From: Eledone cirrhosa
Taxonomy: Eukaryota
Reading direction: 5' to 3'
NCBI GenBank assembly: GCA_964016885.1
Contig: OZ024743.1
Coordinates: 14,508,001-14,572,000 of the forward strand
DNA length: 64,000 nt
The position numbers were made by a program, and so were the translations under genes. A model generated the notes under the pieces. The model ran no database searches and was not told where the DNA came from. It saw only the letters and a list, made by a program, of their open reading frames with translations. Positions 36,501 through 50,703 of the stretch are shown here, piece by piece. Position 1 is the stretch's first letter; each line of letters opens with the position of its first letter.

Positions 36501-36780
36501 CCCGAGCCTGCCCGGCCAATTTTTGTTCATCTAATTTAAATAAACCAATCTCGTTCCAGATGTTATGCATCCGTCTCCTGTAGCCCCTCTCCTTGGGGTT
36601 ACTTTTCAGGTAGCATTGCATAACAGTTCTATTCAATTCTTTCGTCCAGTTGGTTCTGGCCCCTTTCCTTCTTCTTCTTCCTCCAACATCAGCAGTATTT
36701 GGTTGACAGTCAGGTTCCTGCTGCTGAGCCAGGGGGCACCTGTTGGGTGAGAGTCTGTCACATGACGTTCTAGTCTCCAT
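33565..36780 (-). pseudogene. Frameshifted RT + RLE endonuclease ORF, family B
   Basis: N-terminal WTKELNRTVMQCY motif parallels WSREDNKEVLEAFY of family A; KSPGPD, FMDD, RHD, RPDLV..VDVACP. Confidence 0.88.
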
Positions 36781-37861
36781 TTCACCGTTATTCGAACTGT
36801 TTATGTTCGATATTTAAACACTCTTATCGAGGATTGGCGAATGTATGTTTACATAGCCATCTGTGGATCCGCCATCCCACTTGGCCCTTGTGTGGCATTA
36901 TCACCACGCTGTATACGAACACACATAAACAAACAAACACACGGGCAGAAAGGGCCCCAAAAATGAATAAGCATAAGTTTCATTGTAATGTAGTATTCGA
37001 ATGTCTGACTTAGTTTTTGTTTTTTAAGTTTTACTTTTTCCCCCCTCTTCTCTGTCCGTCCGCCTGCTTCTCTCTTCATTCTTATTTTCTTTACGTTTTG
37101 GGGGTTTCTTTTTTTGTTTTTGTTTTTCTCTGTTTGTTTTTCTCGTTTTTGCTGTTGTTGCTGTGCTGCTTTGGTTTTGTTGTTTGTTTTTTCTTTTTTC
37201 TTTTGAGTCTATCTATATATTTTGATGCCTTCCTCTTTGTTAGTAGTAGGAATTCTATAATGTGGAAGTAGCAGCCAGCAGGGAGAAGTGGGAGACTGGC
37301 GGCGGTAGCGATACTGAGACAGTGGTGGTGGTGATGTTGATACCGAGGCAGTGGTGGCGGTGATGCGACTGTATTACTGTAGTGATGGTGCTGTAGCGGT
37401 GGCAGCAGTGAAGGAGTCAAGGGGTGGTGGCGGCGGTGATGGGATAGTGGTGGTAATGATGGCCGTAGTGAGCGGTGGCGGTGAAGGTGAAAATGTCGTT
37501 ATCTGGCTGTTGTGTTTAGTGTACACAGATGATGGGGTGGGTGGTGTATCTAGTTTCTGGTGTTGGTGAGTTTAGCTGTCCTATATAGTGTAGCCAGAGG
37601 AGAGGAGGGGGGGGTTCTTCTTCTTCCATTTATAGCCATTTTCTTTTTTGGATATACAGTGTACAATACAAAGTTGAATATTTGAATATTTGAGCCTTAT
37701 AACAATATATTTTGGGTCCGAATTTTTTGGGGCTCAAGCCGGGTGCTTTACGTAGCATTTGTACTAAGAGTTGTTATTTCACAAATGATTTAAATATGTT
37801 AAAAATTCAAAACTTACGGGAGCGATTTCATGACCTCCGTCACCTCGTGCGTCTTCTTCCC

Positions 37862-37863
<2 letters not shown>
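33581..37863 (-). mobile_element. R4/Dong-type family B, upstream copy (full 5' end, 3'-truncated after RYQDLK, frameshift at ~35600-35665)
   Basis: ORFs 35665-36780 (371 aa) and 33565-35577 (670 aa, RT+RLE); the 5' end abuts (TAA)n at 37864. Confidence 0.88.
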
Positions 37864-37920
<57 letters not shown>

Positions 37921-37944
37921 GTTGTTGTTATTGTTGTTGTTATA
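37862..37944. repeat. (TTA)n/(TTG)n microsatellite
   Basis: Directly visible. Confidence 0.95.
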
Positions 37945-38216
37945 TAATGCTGTTAATGATGATGATAACGAAGGAGTGGAGGAGGAGGATGAAACAGTTA
38001 TAGGTTAATGAAACTATCAAATAAACATCCTTGCGATCACATGTGCAGTTACCTGACCTCAACCAATACACAAATAAAAAGCGTATTGTGTTTTTCAAAA
38101 TAAAACCGATGAAATGGTTTCTTTTAAATTTCTTTACCTTGATTATTATTCTGTTTTTAATATTTCATTATTTATTCTTTCAATGTTGTTAGAAATCATT
38201 ATTCATTTAGGGAGGT

Positions 38217-38332
38217 AGTTCAAATCCCGCCGAGGTTGACTTTGCCTTTCATCCTTACGGGGTCGATTAAATAAAGTACCAGTAATGCACTGGGTATTTG
38301 CTGGCCTTGTGCCAAAAGTAGAAACAATTATT
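38217..38332 (+). mobile_element. SINE, 5'-truncated
   Basis: gttcaaatcccgccgaggttgactttgcc...agaaacaatta. Confidence 0.85.
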
Positions 38333-40891
38333 TATTCTTTGAGCATATTTATAATTTTGTCACCGTTGTTGTCACCGTTGACAAAAATATTGTTAGTTTT
38401 TCCCCTTTTCTTTTATAAATAAAAATCATGCGTATGTGATGTAGGGTTTCGTTACTTTGCTATGATTTAGCAGAATCCCAATCTTGTATCACACAACAGT
38501 TTTCGTAATTTATTATTCATGTAAATACATATTTACTTAACATTTGGTTTAATTGGAATACTTCTAGAAAATAAGCAGGAAAATAAGGTGTTAACTCGAC
38601 ACATATTTTCTTAGGAAAATTTTGTAATTGTGCTACGTGGATTTTCGAACAGATTTCACTTAAAATTTACATTTGTTTTCGACCAGATAAGGATTAATCA
38701 TTTCGTATTCTTGGTGAGAGAATGCACACATGTATGCAAATTAATGTTGGTATAGGTGATTTTATTATTATATTTGCGTGCGTAAAATCACGTTTTAAAT
38801 GTCAATACATGTGTGTACTGAATGTACGGAATAGAAGAAGATAAAGAGTGGCTGACTAATTTCTTCATAATATTCAATTTCACATCGATACTTGTGATGT
38901 ATCGACTGCGTTCCATCGATTGTAACCAAAACCTCACATATGTGGCTTAGTTCAATTCAGGCGTCGAATTTTCTTGATCGGAGCAATCGATTTCTGGTTG
39001 CACGAATATTTCGATATTTGGAATTTAATATCACCACAGAAGAGTACATAGGGTTTTCATTAATATACGAACGTTTCTAATCCTTTTTATATTCATTTTT
39101 CGAAGTTATGTATTCATCTATTATTTTATATTATATCCTTAATTTGCATGTTTCGTTGCATTACTCACAATGTTAATGCCCCTGAATATGTATACATTCC
39201 ATATGAATGAATGTATGTATGTTTATTTATTTATGTATGTTTGTGTATGTATGAATGTATAGGCGGATATCCCTTTCCATTAGTCTCGTAATGTTCCCAG
39301 ATATAATTGGTCTCATCAGAAGAGTGTAATAAATATGCACTCGCACTGTGAATTATGTCATGTTCATAGGAATAAGGTAATTGACACCAATTCAGAAAAG
39401 AAATGTTCAACGGATTAGGCGTGGTTAATTCACGACTTCTTTTACATACGTTGTATATCTGTGTGGGTTTGTACTATACATTGTACAATTAGTAAACTTT
39501 CATAGTTATATTGTAATTTGATTTCGTGTATTGTGTTTTATTACTGTTTTCCGATAGTTTCCAACTTTTCAATCAATAGCCAATAGAGGAGGTGTCGTTC
39601 TTGGGATTTCTATTTAACAGTTTGAAAGTGTATACAAACTTTGAGAAAAGTGTATGATACATTGGTCGGATAAATATAGCTTTATGATTGACAGGTTTCT
39701 ATTTTTCTCTCAATTGCGTTTCTTATAATCTAATATTTTCATTTGGGGTATATTTTGAATACATTCCCTTTCTAAACCAGGTGCATGTAATACATATGCC
39801 GGTTTTGATTTTCTATATTTCTGAACTCTATATTTTACTATATAGCTTCAAAGCTCCTGAAAAGTTACTGCCCGCTGTGTGAACAATATGCTTTGCATCC
39901 TTATCTGTCGATTGGTAATACTATCCAGCCTTTCAGAAACACCAAACTGATATGATCTCTGTATTCCATATGCCCATATAGTTTCTATACCATTAACTTC
40001 GGGCTGCTTTTATGTCTTTCTGGATAATCCTTGTTTGCATTCAGGATGCATTGGTTGTCAGTAATTCATAATTCATTTAAAGCCACTGAATATAACTTGC
40101 GTAAGAACACAACACCAATTCTTATCTAACTGAAATGTTGTTTTCCTTGTAAGAAACGAGGTATATATTGAATATGGTCATTCAAGCAATTCTTTGATAA
40201 ATCGTATGGTCGTTTTGCATTTAAATGTTTAAACATTTATTTGGAATATTATCGGTAAGCATGATTTTAAAATTCCTATCTCTTGCTGGGCTATTATTGT
40301 AATTTATTCTCGTATCTATTGTGGCTTATCTGTCTTCATTACGTACGTTATATTGTCCTAGATCATTGGAATAGATTTACCCTATAGTTATTTCATTTCC
40401 ACTATGATCTTCCGGAATTCTATTATTTGTGGTGGAAAACGTTCTACCGTTACTCAAAGCGCGTTGCCCGTTGTGCCGTCCTTAGCATAAGTTCTGTTTA
40501 TTTGATTTGACTGCATCCGGAAACATATTCTTCATCCGAGTATGATTTATTAATTTACTTATTCCTCACAATGAACTGCGACCAATCTGAGCACGAATTT
40601 CAAGGGAGTGGTGCAGAGTATCGACTACGCGATTTCCTTTCTGTATGCCTATATAATTGTGTGTTGGAAGGAGGGGCATTTGTGTGTGTGTATGTGTGTG
40701 TATGTGAAAGGCATATGTACTACTACCTCATATGGTGACATCTAGTAAATAAAATTTATTTTAATCACGAATTTTTTAAATGAGAATGACGGACATTTTG
40801 TATGAATTGATTTTTAAAGTGTCTACAAAATGGAACTTTTCATTTTCAAAGTTTTTATTACATAAACACACAAAATATATGTATATATATA

Positions 40892-40900
40892 TGTGTGTGT

Positions 40901-40950
<50 letters not shown>

Positions 40951-41047
40951 TTGTGTGTATGTGTGTGTATGTTTGTGTGTGTGTGGCTGTGTATGTGTGT
41001 GTGTGTGTGTGTTTGTGTGTGGTTGTGTATGTGTGTGTATGTGTGTG
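40892..41047. repeat. (GT)n microsatellite
   Basis: Directly visible. Confidence 0.95.
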
Positions 41048-42274
41048 AATTAGAGTTTTTCCCTTTTATAGGGAAATAACTCATGTCGATTGTGCCCTTG
41101 CAATCATTTCACGTAAAAGCTCAACAGGTTAAAATACGAGAAGGGCGTTTATATTTAGTGGTTACATAGCTTGGTGATGTTTGAATGTTATGACAAAAAA
41201 ATGAAAAACATTTACTTCAACACTTGTTCATTGTAAACAGATTCCTCTACACCACGGAATTCAGCACGACCAACGACTACACCACCGCCACTATTACTAT
41301 TGTGATACAGCCACAAAGCCTAGAATTATAAAACTACCACCAGCACGACCTTATAACACATCAACTGCCAATACGATTATTAATCAATCATCACCAATAC
41401 TATCACCAACACCACCATCAGCACTTACCTCACCACAACCAATGTCACCTAAAGCACAATCATCTACAACTACACCAACAAAACCCCCATCATCATTATA
41501 TGTGTTGTTTGTTTTTTCTACCATTGCGTCAAACTCGGGTGGACAATTTCAGTTGCCTTCAAAAATACTAGCCAGAACATCCGGTAAGTTTGAGTAAATG
41601 CCAGAGATCACTACCAGAACGGAAAGAAACATCCACATAAATTGCATAAGGTGTATCAAGGAACGAATAAAGTAAAATTAAGGATGACTAACACAACAAT
41701 TTCAAACGTGAGATTTGGAAACATATTCTCGGAAAAAGCGTTCCTTTGCAAGCCATGATTTTCACAAACGAAGGGATATCTGATCTGAAATCTTTCGATG
41801 AATCTTGGAATGTGCTAAGTGAAGGTATTATCGTCATGCAGTCAAAATATTTTTCATTCAAAATTGGATTTTACTCAATAAAATGATTCAAGATTTTAGC
41901 ACAACATCAGAAAAAGAGAATAATGTAAGCTTCTTTAATTAAAGCATTCCTCGTAGAACAAAGTGTAAGTATAATTGTGAACGTAACTATTAAATGCCTA
42001 TTAACAGTGTATCACATTTGTTTATTATCTTGTGTTTCCTTTGGGTAAAGAAGATAACATTCTGACATTCATATATGTCTAAACATTCAAAGGAATCAGC
42101 TCTCCTTGTTTAAATCTAGCTCCAATCAACTTATGTATTTTGGCGTCTGTCCGAGCTAGGCATTTAATGATTTCTATATGGGAGTTCACGTGTATTTTCG
42201 GACATGTGGCAAACTATTTAACTTTCACCGCTTTCACACTAAATCAAAAGAGTCTCAACACATTTTCCTTGAGC

Positions 42275-43060
42275 AGTGGTATGCAGATGATGATGATCTT
42301 GTTGCACGCCATGTTTAAGACATACAAATTATAATTTATCTTTTCTGTAGGGCTTGTCATTGATCTGGAATGACCATCAGCCTGACAAAAACGAAAATAA
42401 TGTTCACTCCTCCTGCAGGCTCATGTTGGGCCAAACATAACAGTTAACGGCACACAACTGCGTGTAGTAGATATGTTCACATATGTTGGAAGCATTATCT
42501 GTAAGGATGGATTAATTGATGCGGAAGTCAATCAGTGAACTAAAAATGTCATTTAAGCATTTAGAAAGGATATGGGCAGATTGGGGTCTCCATCTAGTAA
42601 CTAAAATAAATATGCTTACAGCATTATTACTAACTACATTCCTGTATAGATCTGAGGTACGTATAACCTATAGGCGGCAAATAAAATGTCTTAGACAAAT
42701 TTTAGGAATAAAGTACACATCTTTGACACAAGATACAGCAGTATTGAGGAATACAGTTTGTGAAAGTTTTGAAAAATTGATTGTTTACAGAAAGATGTGT
42801 TGGACAGGTCATGCTTTCAAGATTGGCATTACAAGTTTGTCGAATAGATTGTTATATGGAGAGATTTTATATGTAAAGAGGCAAACAATGAACCAAAGAA
42901 GCGATTGAAGAATGTGATTGGTCATAGATTGGTGGTTCTTGATATGGATAATAGGAATTGGGAATCCTTCACAAAGAACACAATAGGTTGGTCTACCATG
43001 ATTAAAGATGGTTGTGAGAAATGTGAAAGAAAATGCATGAAAAATGCTAAGGTTGAAGTT
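42275..43060 (+). pseudogene. Decayed RTE-clade LINE (RT C-terminal half)
   Basis: ADDDDLVA..GMTISLTKTKIM..VVDMFTYVGS; TK..LYRSE..CLRQILGIK..LLYGEI in ORF 42516-42908. Confidence 0.7.
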
Positions 43061-45535
43061 TGAGTGTGTTTTCATACTCGTTTTGTTTTTTCTACCTGTT
43101 CTCGGACATTGTATTTTTTATGACACAAAATCTAAGATACTCACTGCAATTCCATTCACACGAACGATATTTTATACTGAATCAGGCCACTAATTCACTG
43201 GAGTTTATGTTATTATCTTCAGAATGATGAATACAAAGTTGACTTCTGGGTGATTCGAATTCAGAATGTACAGGGAAGTAACTAAAAGCGCTATATTATG
43301 TGTCCGACACTTTAACGAGTCTTGTTTTTTTAGTGTTATTAAGAGTTTTATTATTGCATCGTCTTACATATAACTTACTTCTTATCCCTATCTATGGTTT
43401 GTATTTTATGTTGCGAATGAAATTTGGCAGTATTATTCCTGTGTAGCGTACAGGTAACGTTTTAAGGTATTGTTATTTTTTCATCAAACACATTTTTCTT
43501 TCAATTTCGTCAAATATCCATGGAAATTAGCATTTGAAGTAAAGCCTTTTGTTGGGATTAAATGTTCGAAAGGAAATCTTTCCCACGCTCAATATACATT
43601 AAACTCGTAATAAGGCAGTTTTCATTATTTTTAGAATTATTATTGCCGATGCTGCTGATATATTTTACTGCTAAAACGATGGGTTGTGAGGCAGCTCCGA
43701 TTTGACTTTTTATTAGATTTGTTGCGTTTATTCTCTTGCTATTATATTGCTATTCTATTGTTATTATATCGATTCAACGAGAGCCAAATTCCTATATATC
43801 TTCACAATTTAAGACATGAAATTATATTCAGAAATCGTTTCTGCTACAAAGCAGAAATTGACATTAGCTGTGATGTGATGCTGCTGATGATAGATATTTT
43901 CAATAATAATAGCATTTGCATTCATCCTTTAGACCTGAGAAAAGAACATAGGAATCATTTAATCATTGCAAATATTTCTTTAAAATAGCTTCAATGATTT
44001 CTTCTTGAGCATTAGCAAAAATGCTTCGTGAACAAAAATAAGAGACGTAAAAAATAGAATGTGAATGAATATATTAACTGTAGCATTATATTGACAACAG
44101 GAAGTTACTATTTTGTCATTTGACCTGCTAGAAATAGCAACGATCCTTCATTCGAATCTCGTCCCGGAACCTAAAAAGATCAAAATCAAACATTGTAGAT
44201 TGACTATAGCTGATAATGTAGTCAAAGGGACACCTTGGCTGAAAAGCTTTTGATCTTACGTCTACTCATTCAGTGGTGGGTTGGGGGGAAGAAACAATGT
44301 CAATGATATGTGTAATGTACAGAGACAACGTACAAGATGTTGAACCAATCATATATGCATTGGCTTGTTGAAATCTCAGCATGTTTAACAATCAAATATG
44401 AAAAAGTATTATAGACCTACATCAGCTGTGAATATGACGTTATATCTATCAGACGTGATACGAAAATTAACTTTATTATCCCTGGCTCATATAAACAGGA
44501 GAAACAACTTTTTCAGAATAAAGGTGTAGTAAAAGTGAGTCAGTACATCTGGAAATATCTCACTGACAATATTTCACATTGAGGCAAAAGGATTAGTGAA
44601 AGTTCTTAGCAAAATTATTACCAGCAGATATACAAATTCCATTATTGCACACTTCATAAAGTATTTAATACCACAGAGAGAATACATGCAGATGAATCTG
44701 TAGGTTGAGATATTTGTGATGCTAGACAATATAGAGAATCACGCTGAATATTCTGCCGTCCAAACCATTCAAGAAACTATCGTAGATCATGTGCTTAAGC
44801 AATATACCATGCTTAATAAAATACTAAAGATGAGAAAAAAACGAGAATTCTATGGCGACCTAAACACATATTGAACACTCACGTCAAAACATGTAATTGA
44901 AATTCTTGTGGGTAAACAGATACTCATCCAGAAAACTAGATGGAAAGTGTTTACTTATTAAAATAACATGATATCTAATCAATAAGAGTCAGCGTCGTTG
45001 ATAGATCATTTCATCTTAATCGTAAGTGCTTCATTATTTCTGCCTTATGGTTGCAGTATCTTGGGTAAAAGAATTCTGAAAACTCCTCTGGTAGAAAATT
45101 CTGTTGTGGTCAAAAACGTGTTGTTTTGACTATATTTTGCGGGTTCCCTTTACCGAATTTTGCAAATATATGAACCTTTCAAGATTACCTACATCACCAG
45201 AAATGGTGGCGTGAATGGCCTACTCATCCTCTTGGGCATATGTTTTGCATTTGAAGTTAAATATATGTACCTTAAGGTGTAGTCATATACTAGCTCCCAC
45301 CGCATGGACGATCAACTATTTACATGGTTTTACGGGGATCAGTGTGGCCATGGTCCTCCCACCCCATTTTTCTGTGTGTGTCTCAATTGTTAAGAAGATA
45401 CATATAATAATTGGAAGTGAAAACCAACAGGTGAGTGTGTTTGTATTGGGAGTATGACCCTCCTAAACAATAGCTATATCTGGTAGAACACACGTTTCCA
45501 GATAGAAAATCTTGGAGAATTCATAAAAAAACGAA

Positions 45536-45583
<48 letters not shown>

Positions 45584-45638
45584 GTGTATATATATTATGA
45601 AAATAAACCAAAGAAGCATTCAATACATCAAAAGTCTT

Positions 45639-45686
45639 TATTAGCCAACAATGTTTCGTCCTATTAAGGACTTATCAGGGCAATTA
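45639..45686 (-). ncRNA. Minimal hammerhead-like motif in the PLE arm (non-canonical core CUGAUAA)
   Basis: Minus strand reads ATTGCC-CTGATAA-GTCCT-taat-AGGAC-GAAAC-att-GTT-GGCtAAT. Confidence 0.55.
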
Positions 45687-47355
45687 AAGCTATAAGAAGC
45701 AGTATCGGCCAATACAAGCCAAAAAACTCAGAAGAATATGGAGTGTACATCACGTAAAAAGGAAGTGAATAACATTTTGAACCATATTACAAATATAGTC
45801 CAATGCAAAAACTAAAGCTAAACAAAGGTGGTGATATAGAGCGGGAATTATTGTATATAATATAATATAATATACTATCATTGATAATAATAATAATAAT
45901 GTTAAACGGCCCAATATGCATATACATATATATACATATGTACACATATATACATATACATCAATACACATTTCCATCAATACAAGCACAAATTAACCCT
46001 TATTAAGAGTTTAAATATAAATAAGAATAATAAGAATAATAAGAATAAAAATAAAAATAAAAATATAATACATATATTATTTACGGTATAAAATGAAGAA
46101 TAAATGATTAAAAGTAAACATATAATATATAATAAACTATATAATTATATAATAGATAATCTCCGATTAATTTGCACAAACAATATAAATGTTACAATAA
46201 CACTATAATAACAATATTATAATATAATGGCATATAACTTAACAAATCATATAGGGTTACAGACCGGGTGAGAAAAAATATTGTACAGAACTAAATTATG
46301 TTGGAAAAATTATGTTGGAAAAATATCAAAACCATTGCAAGAAAACAGATGGAGGTCAAATTTCTATACAATTGGTGTAAATAAATAAATATTATCCAAA
46401 CATTACAAAAATTATAAAAATATAAACATATTACAGAATTTACATAATTTAACATAACATAATGGTACATTTAATAATCGGTAAATAATAAAGATCAGTA
46501 GTACGTTTACAAAGAGTGGAATGATATAAAACTTCAATATAAAGTATTGAACATAGTATAATATACATAATTACGTGGTTGGTGGACAGACATTTGTGAA
46601 TAAGTGAATGAGAACCAGACAGAAAACTACGCACGGTAGTATAAATATATAAATAAAATCAACCGGAAATCGAAAAACAAAAACAAAAGTATTTACTTAG
46701 GTGTCACATGCAGTTAAGTAAACAATTTAGGAAACAAACCCGGATAAATGACTAGAAAACCCTATTAAATTAATTAATATTGAAAGTATTTAAAATACAT
46801 AAGTCAATAAAAAATTAGCTATGGTTTAAGTAATCAAAATCTCGAAATTTTAAGATATCACTATAAAGATATCTGGAGAAGAAGGAAATATTCTACTATC
46901 AGTTGAATAACGTTATCTAATAAACTGACTTTAAATAGAATTATGGTAGGCCAATGGGGACAGAAAGAAGAAATGTATGGAGGATACAAAGGAGCATAAA
47001 ATCATAATCAATATACTGTATTATACAATAGAAAGGAGCATAAAAGGGAATTGAATATAATTATAGTATATTTGAAGGGGCGAATGACAAGTGTGTGTGT
47101 GGGGGGGGGGTAGTTATCCTAAGAAGAATCCAAATAAAATAAAATAAAATAATATAAAATATAATATATAATCAGATATAAACTCATAAAGTGTTAATAG
47201 TGAAAATATAATATTTAAGAAGATAGATATGGTATGGTAGCCAAAAGACTATGAAAGCTAGAATGAAAAGCTGTTAAAAACCAATAATAATAATGATGAT
47301 AATGATGGTGGTAAACAAAATAAACCTAAACTAAAAAGATAAGGGAATATAGCAG

Positions 47356-49048
47356 CTAATGGATACAATTTACACTACTAGAACCTTTAGGTTTATAATA
47401 AAAGAAAGAATTTGAAATTGCGTGGGGGCAAGAAGAGAATATCTCAGACTTTCTATTAAGTAAGGTTTCCCTAGAGAAAATTATAGAGTGGGTCTCAAGG
47501 ATACAGAGATTACAAAATTTAGCATGTGTTGAAAGGTTATTAGAGCGTGCTACTATTCGCCAATTAAGGCTATATGGTATATTAACCCCCTTAAGATCCC
47601 AGATATGGTGTGCTAAAGAAGTAGAATTCTTAAACTTAACATGTTTAAAATTAGAGATATGAGAATTAAACCTAGTCTTAAAAGTGTTAGATGTAGAGCC
47701 TATATATGTGCTATTAGAGGAATTGGTTTTAACTACACAAGCATAAACGATGTTCTTAGAGAGGCAGTTACCGTTCAAAGGGCAGTTAGCACTCACTCTA
47801 CAGTTACACTTCCGGGTGCTATTGATCGGCTGAAGTAGTGATGCATCACACGTAGGGTTACTATGAGATAAGGTCTGCACAGGTGGTAAGGTATTTATGG
47901 ATCTATTCAGACTAGTAGTACGTAGAGAGGAGTATCCATCCCTAATTTTCTCATTGTTAGTGCTAGCTAAATGAGAACTAATATTAGGGGTGGTAGAGAA
48001 TGAAAGCTTAATTACATTTTTATTAAAAATACTATGGTATTTATTAGTAGGAGGGAAATGTTTCTCTAAGATAGAAAAGAAAGACCTAGGGGTGTTGGTT
48101 ATAATACTTCCTGATTATATGGCGGGTTAAAATAAGTATTTAGTCTCCTATTTTTATCCTTACTAACTCTACCGTTATCTAATATCCCCTTCTTAAGATT
48201 TGGGTTACTACAAGGACTAGTTAAAACCACATTATTAGAATCAGCCGAAACTCCATTAAGTCTCCTTCTGTTTCTACCATTAGTATATCTGCTGCTATCT
48301 GGAAACATATCAAAAGGATTAGGGCTAATAATAGGATCAGTAGAAACAACACTATTAGAATTAGATTTAGCAAAAGCATTACCACTACGTGAGCGCTCAG
48401 AGGGCTCGACTTGATTCCTAGAAGTATTAGATTCCCTATTACGAGTCCGGTGGCTTGACTTATGGATGGGTTCAGATACACCTATGTGATTTCTACGATT
48501 CCTATGCTTTCTACTCCCATTCATGGCCATATTATGGGATATTACGTTATTATTATTATAAGTAAGCGGAGATTTTCTAAGGTTACTATTATTATAATGT
48601 ATTTTACCAGAGTAACCGGAATTAGCTAGGGCCTTATTATAGTACTCTGCATGTGCATTAAATGTTCCTACGTCCTTAGAGAGTGTCGAAATCCTATTAG
48701 ATACCCCATTAATTATAGAGCTTATCATAGATTTGGGGTGGTTAGAATTGGGACTAACATAAGAGAATATTTCATTAGGCTTATGGAATGGTTTAAAACT
48801 ATTAGTGACCAAGTCCAAAGTCACATCTAAAAAGTTGACCGCTCTATCGTTTCTATCTATCGTGATCGAAAGGTTATAGCTTTTAAAAAACTTATAAAGC
48901 TTCATCTTATTATGCTCGACGTTGTTGGTGCTAGAGTTAATCACAAACAATGCATCGTCACGATAAAGTCCACCTTTAAGGGGCGGAAAGGTGACATATA
49001 GTTCATTTAGGAGGAACAGCCCAACAAGATCAGTTACCTGGGCTGAAT
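47356..49048 (-). pseudogene. Penelope-type RT C-terminus + GIY-YIG endonuclease (one frameshift near 48100)
   Basis: SAQVTDLVGL, GLYRDDAL, VNFLDVTLDL, SNHP, YFNPPY, HFPP; CNCR..CPLNGNC, NIVY..YIGST..FKTRF..H, CNLC..E, LNRKSE..CPH. Confidence 0.9.
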
Positions 49049-50512
49049 CATATTATTTTATTTTATTTTATTTGGATTCTTCTTTGGATAACTAACCCCC
49101 CCCCACACACACACACACACTTGTCATTCGCCCCTTCAAATATACTATAATTATATTCAATTCCCTTTTATGCTCCTTTCTATTGTATAATACAGTATAT
49201 TGATTATGATTTTATGCTCATTCGTATCCTCCATACATTTCTTCTTTCTGTCCCCATTGGCCTACCATAATTCTATTTAAAGTCTGTTTATTAGATAACA
49301 TTATTGAACTGATAGTAGAATATTTCATTCTTCTCCAGATATCTTTATAGTGATATCTTAAAATTTCGAGATTTTGATTACTTAAACCATAGCTAATTTT
49401 GTATTGACTTATTATGTATTTTAAATACTTTCAATATTAATTAATTTAATAGGGTTTTCTAGTCATTTATCCGGGTTTGTTTCCTAAATTGTTTAGTTAA
49501 CTGCATGTGACACCTAAGTAAATACTTTTGTTTTTGTTTTTCGATTTCCGGTTGATTTTATTTATATATTTATACTACCGTGCGTAGTTTTCTGTCTGGT
49601 TCTCATTCACTTATTCACAAATGTCTGTCCACCAACCACGTAATTATGTATATTATACTATGTTCAATATTTTATATTGAAGTTTTATATCATTCCACTC
49701 TTTGTAAACGTACTACTGATCTTTATTATTTACCGATTATTAAATGTACCATTATGTTATGTTAAATTATGTAAATTCTGTAATATGTTTATATTTTTAT
49801 AATTTTTGAATGTTTGGATAATATTTATTTATTTACACCAATTGTATAGAAATTTGACCTCCATCTGTTTTCTTGCAATGGTTTTGATATTTTTCCAACA
49901 TAATTTAGTTCTGTACAATATTTTTTCTCACCCGGTCTGTAACCCTATATGATTTGTTAAGTTATATGCCATTATATTATAATATTGTTATTATAGTGTT
50001 ATTGTAACATTTATATTGTTTGTGCAAATTAACCGGAGATTATCTATTATATAATTATATAGTTTATTATATATTATATGTTTACTTTTAAATCATTTAT
50101 TCTTCATTTTATACCGTAAATAATATATGTATTATATTTTTATTTTTATTTTTATTCTTATTATTCTTATTATTCTTATTTATATTTAAACTCTTAATAA
50201 GGGTTAATTTGTGCTTGTATTGATGGAAATGTGTATTGATATATATGTATATATATGTACATATGTATATATATGTATATGTATATTGGGCCGTTTAACA
50301 TTATTATTATTATTATCAATTATAGTATATTATATTATATTATATACAATAATTCCCGCTCTATATCACCACCTTTGTTTAGCTTTAGTTTTTGCATTGG
50401 ACTATATTTGTAATATGGTTCAAAATGTTATTCACTTCCTTTTTACTTGATGTACACTCCATATTCTTCTGAGTTTTTTGGCTTGTATTGGCCGATACTG
50501 CTTCTTATAGCT

Positions 50513-50562
50513 TTAATTGCCCTGATAAGTCGTTAATAGGACGAAACATTGTTGGCTAATAA
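50513..50562 (+). ncRNA. Second copy of the PLE hammerhead-like motif (one stem II mismatch)
   Basis: ATTGCC-CTGATAA-GTCgT-taat-AGGAC-GAAAC-att-GTT-GGC. Confidence 0.5.
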
Positions 50563-50703
50563 AGACTTTTGATGTATTGAAGGCTTCTTTGGTTTATTTT
50601 CATAATTCTTCGGCTCTGTTTAATTACATTGAGTTATGCTTATACTGTCATTTCTATAATACGAAGAGGGTGTTTAACTCCAACACACTCTAGTATTTTA
50701 ATT

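Noticed and set aside
39860-40560. Possible decayed Gypsy pol or host exon
   Set aside because: Only vague resemblance; no continuous motif or supported splice structure.
45594-50607. DNA transposon with long TIRs
   Set aside because: The interior encodes Penelope-type RT and GIY-YIG truncated exactly at the right arm, not a transposase.
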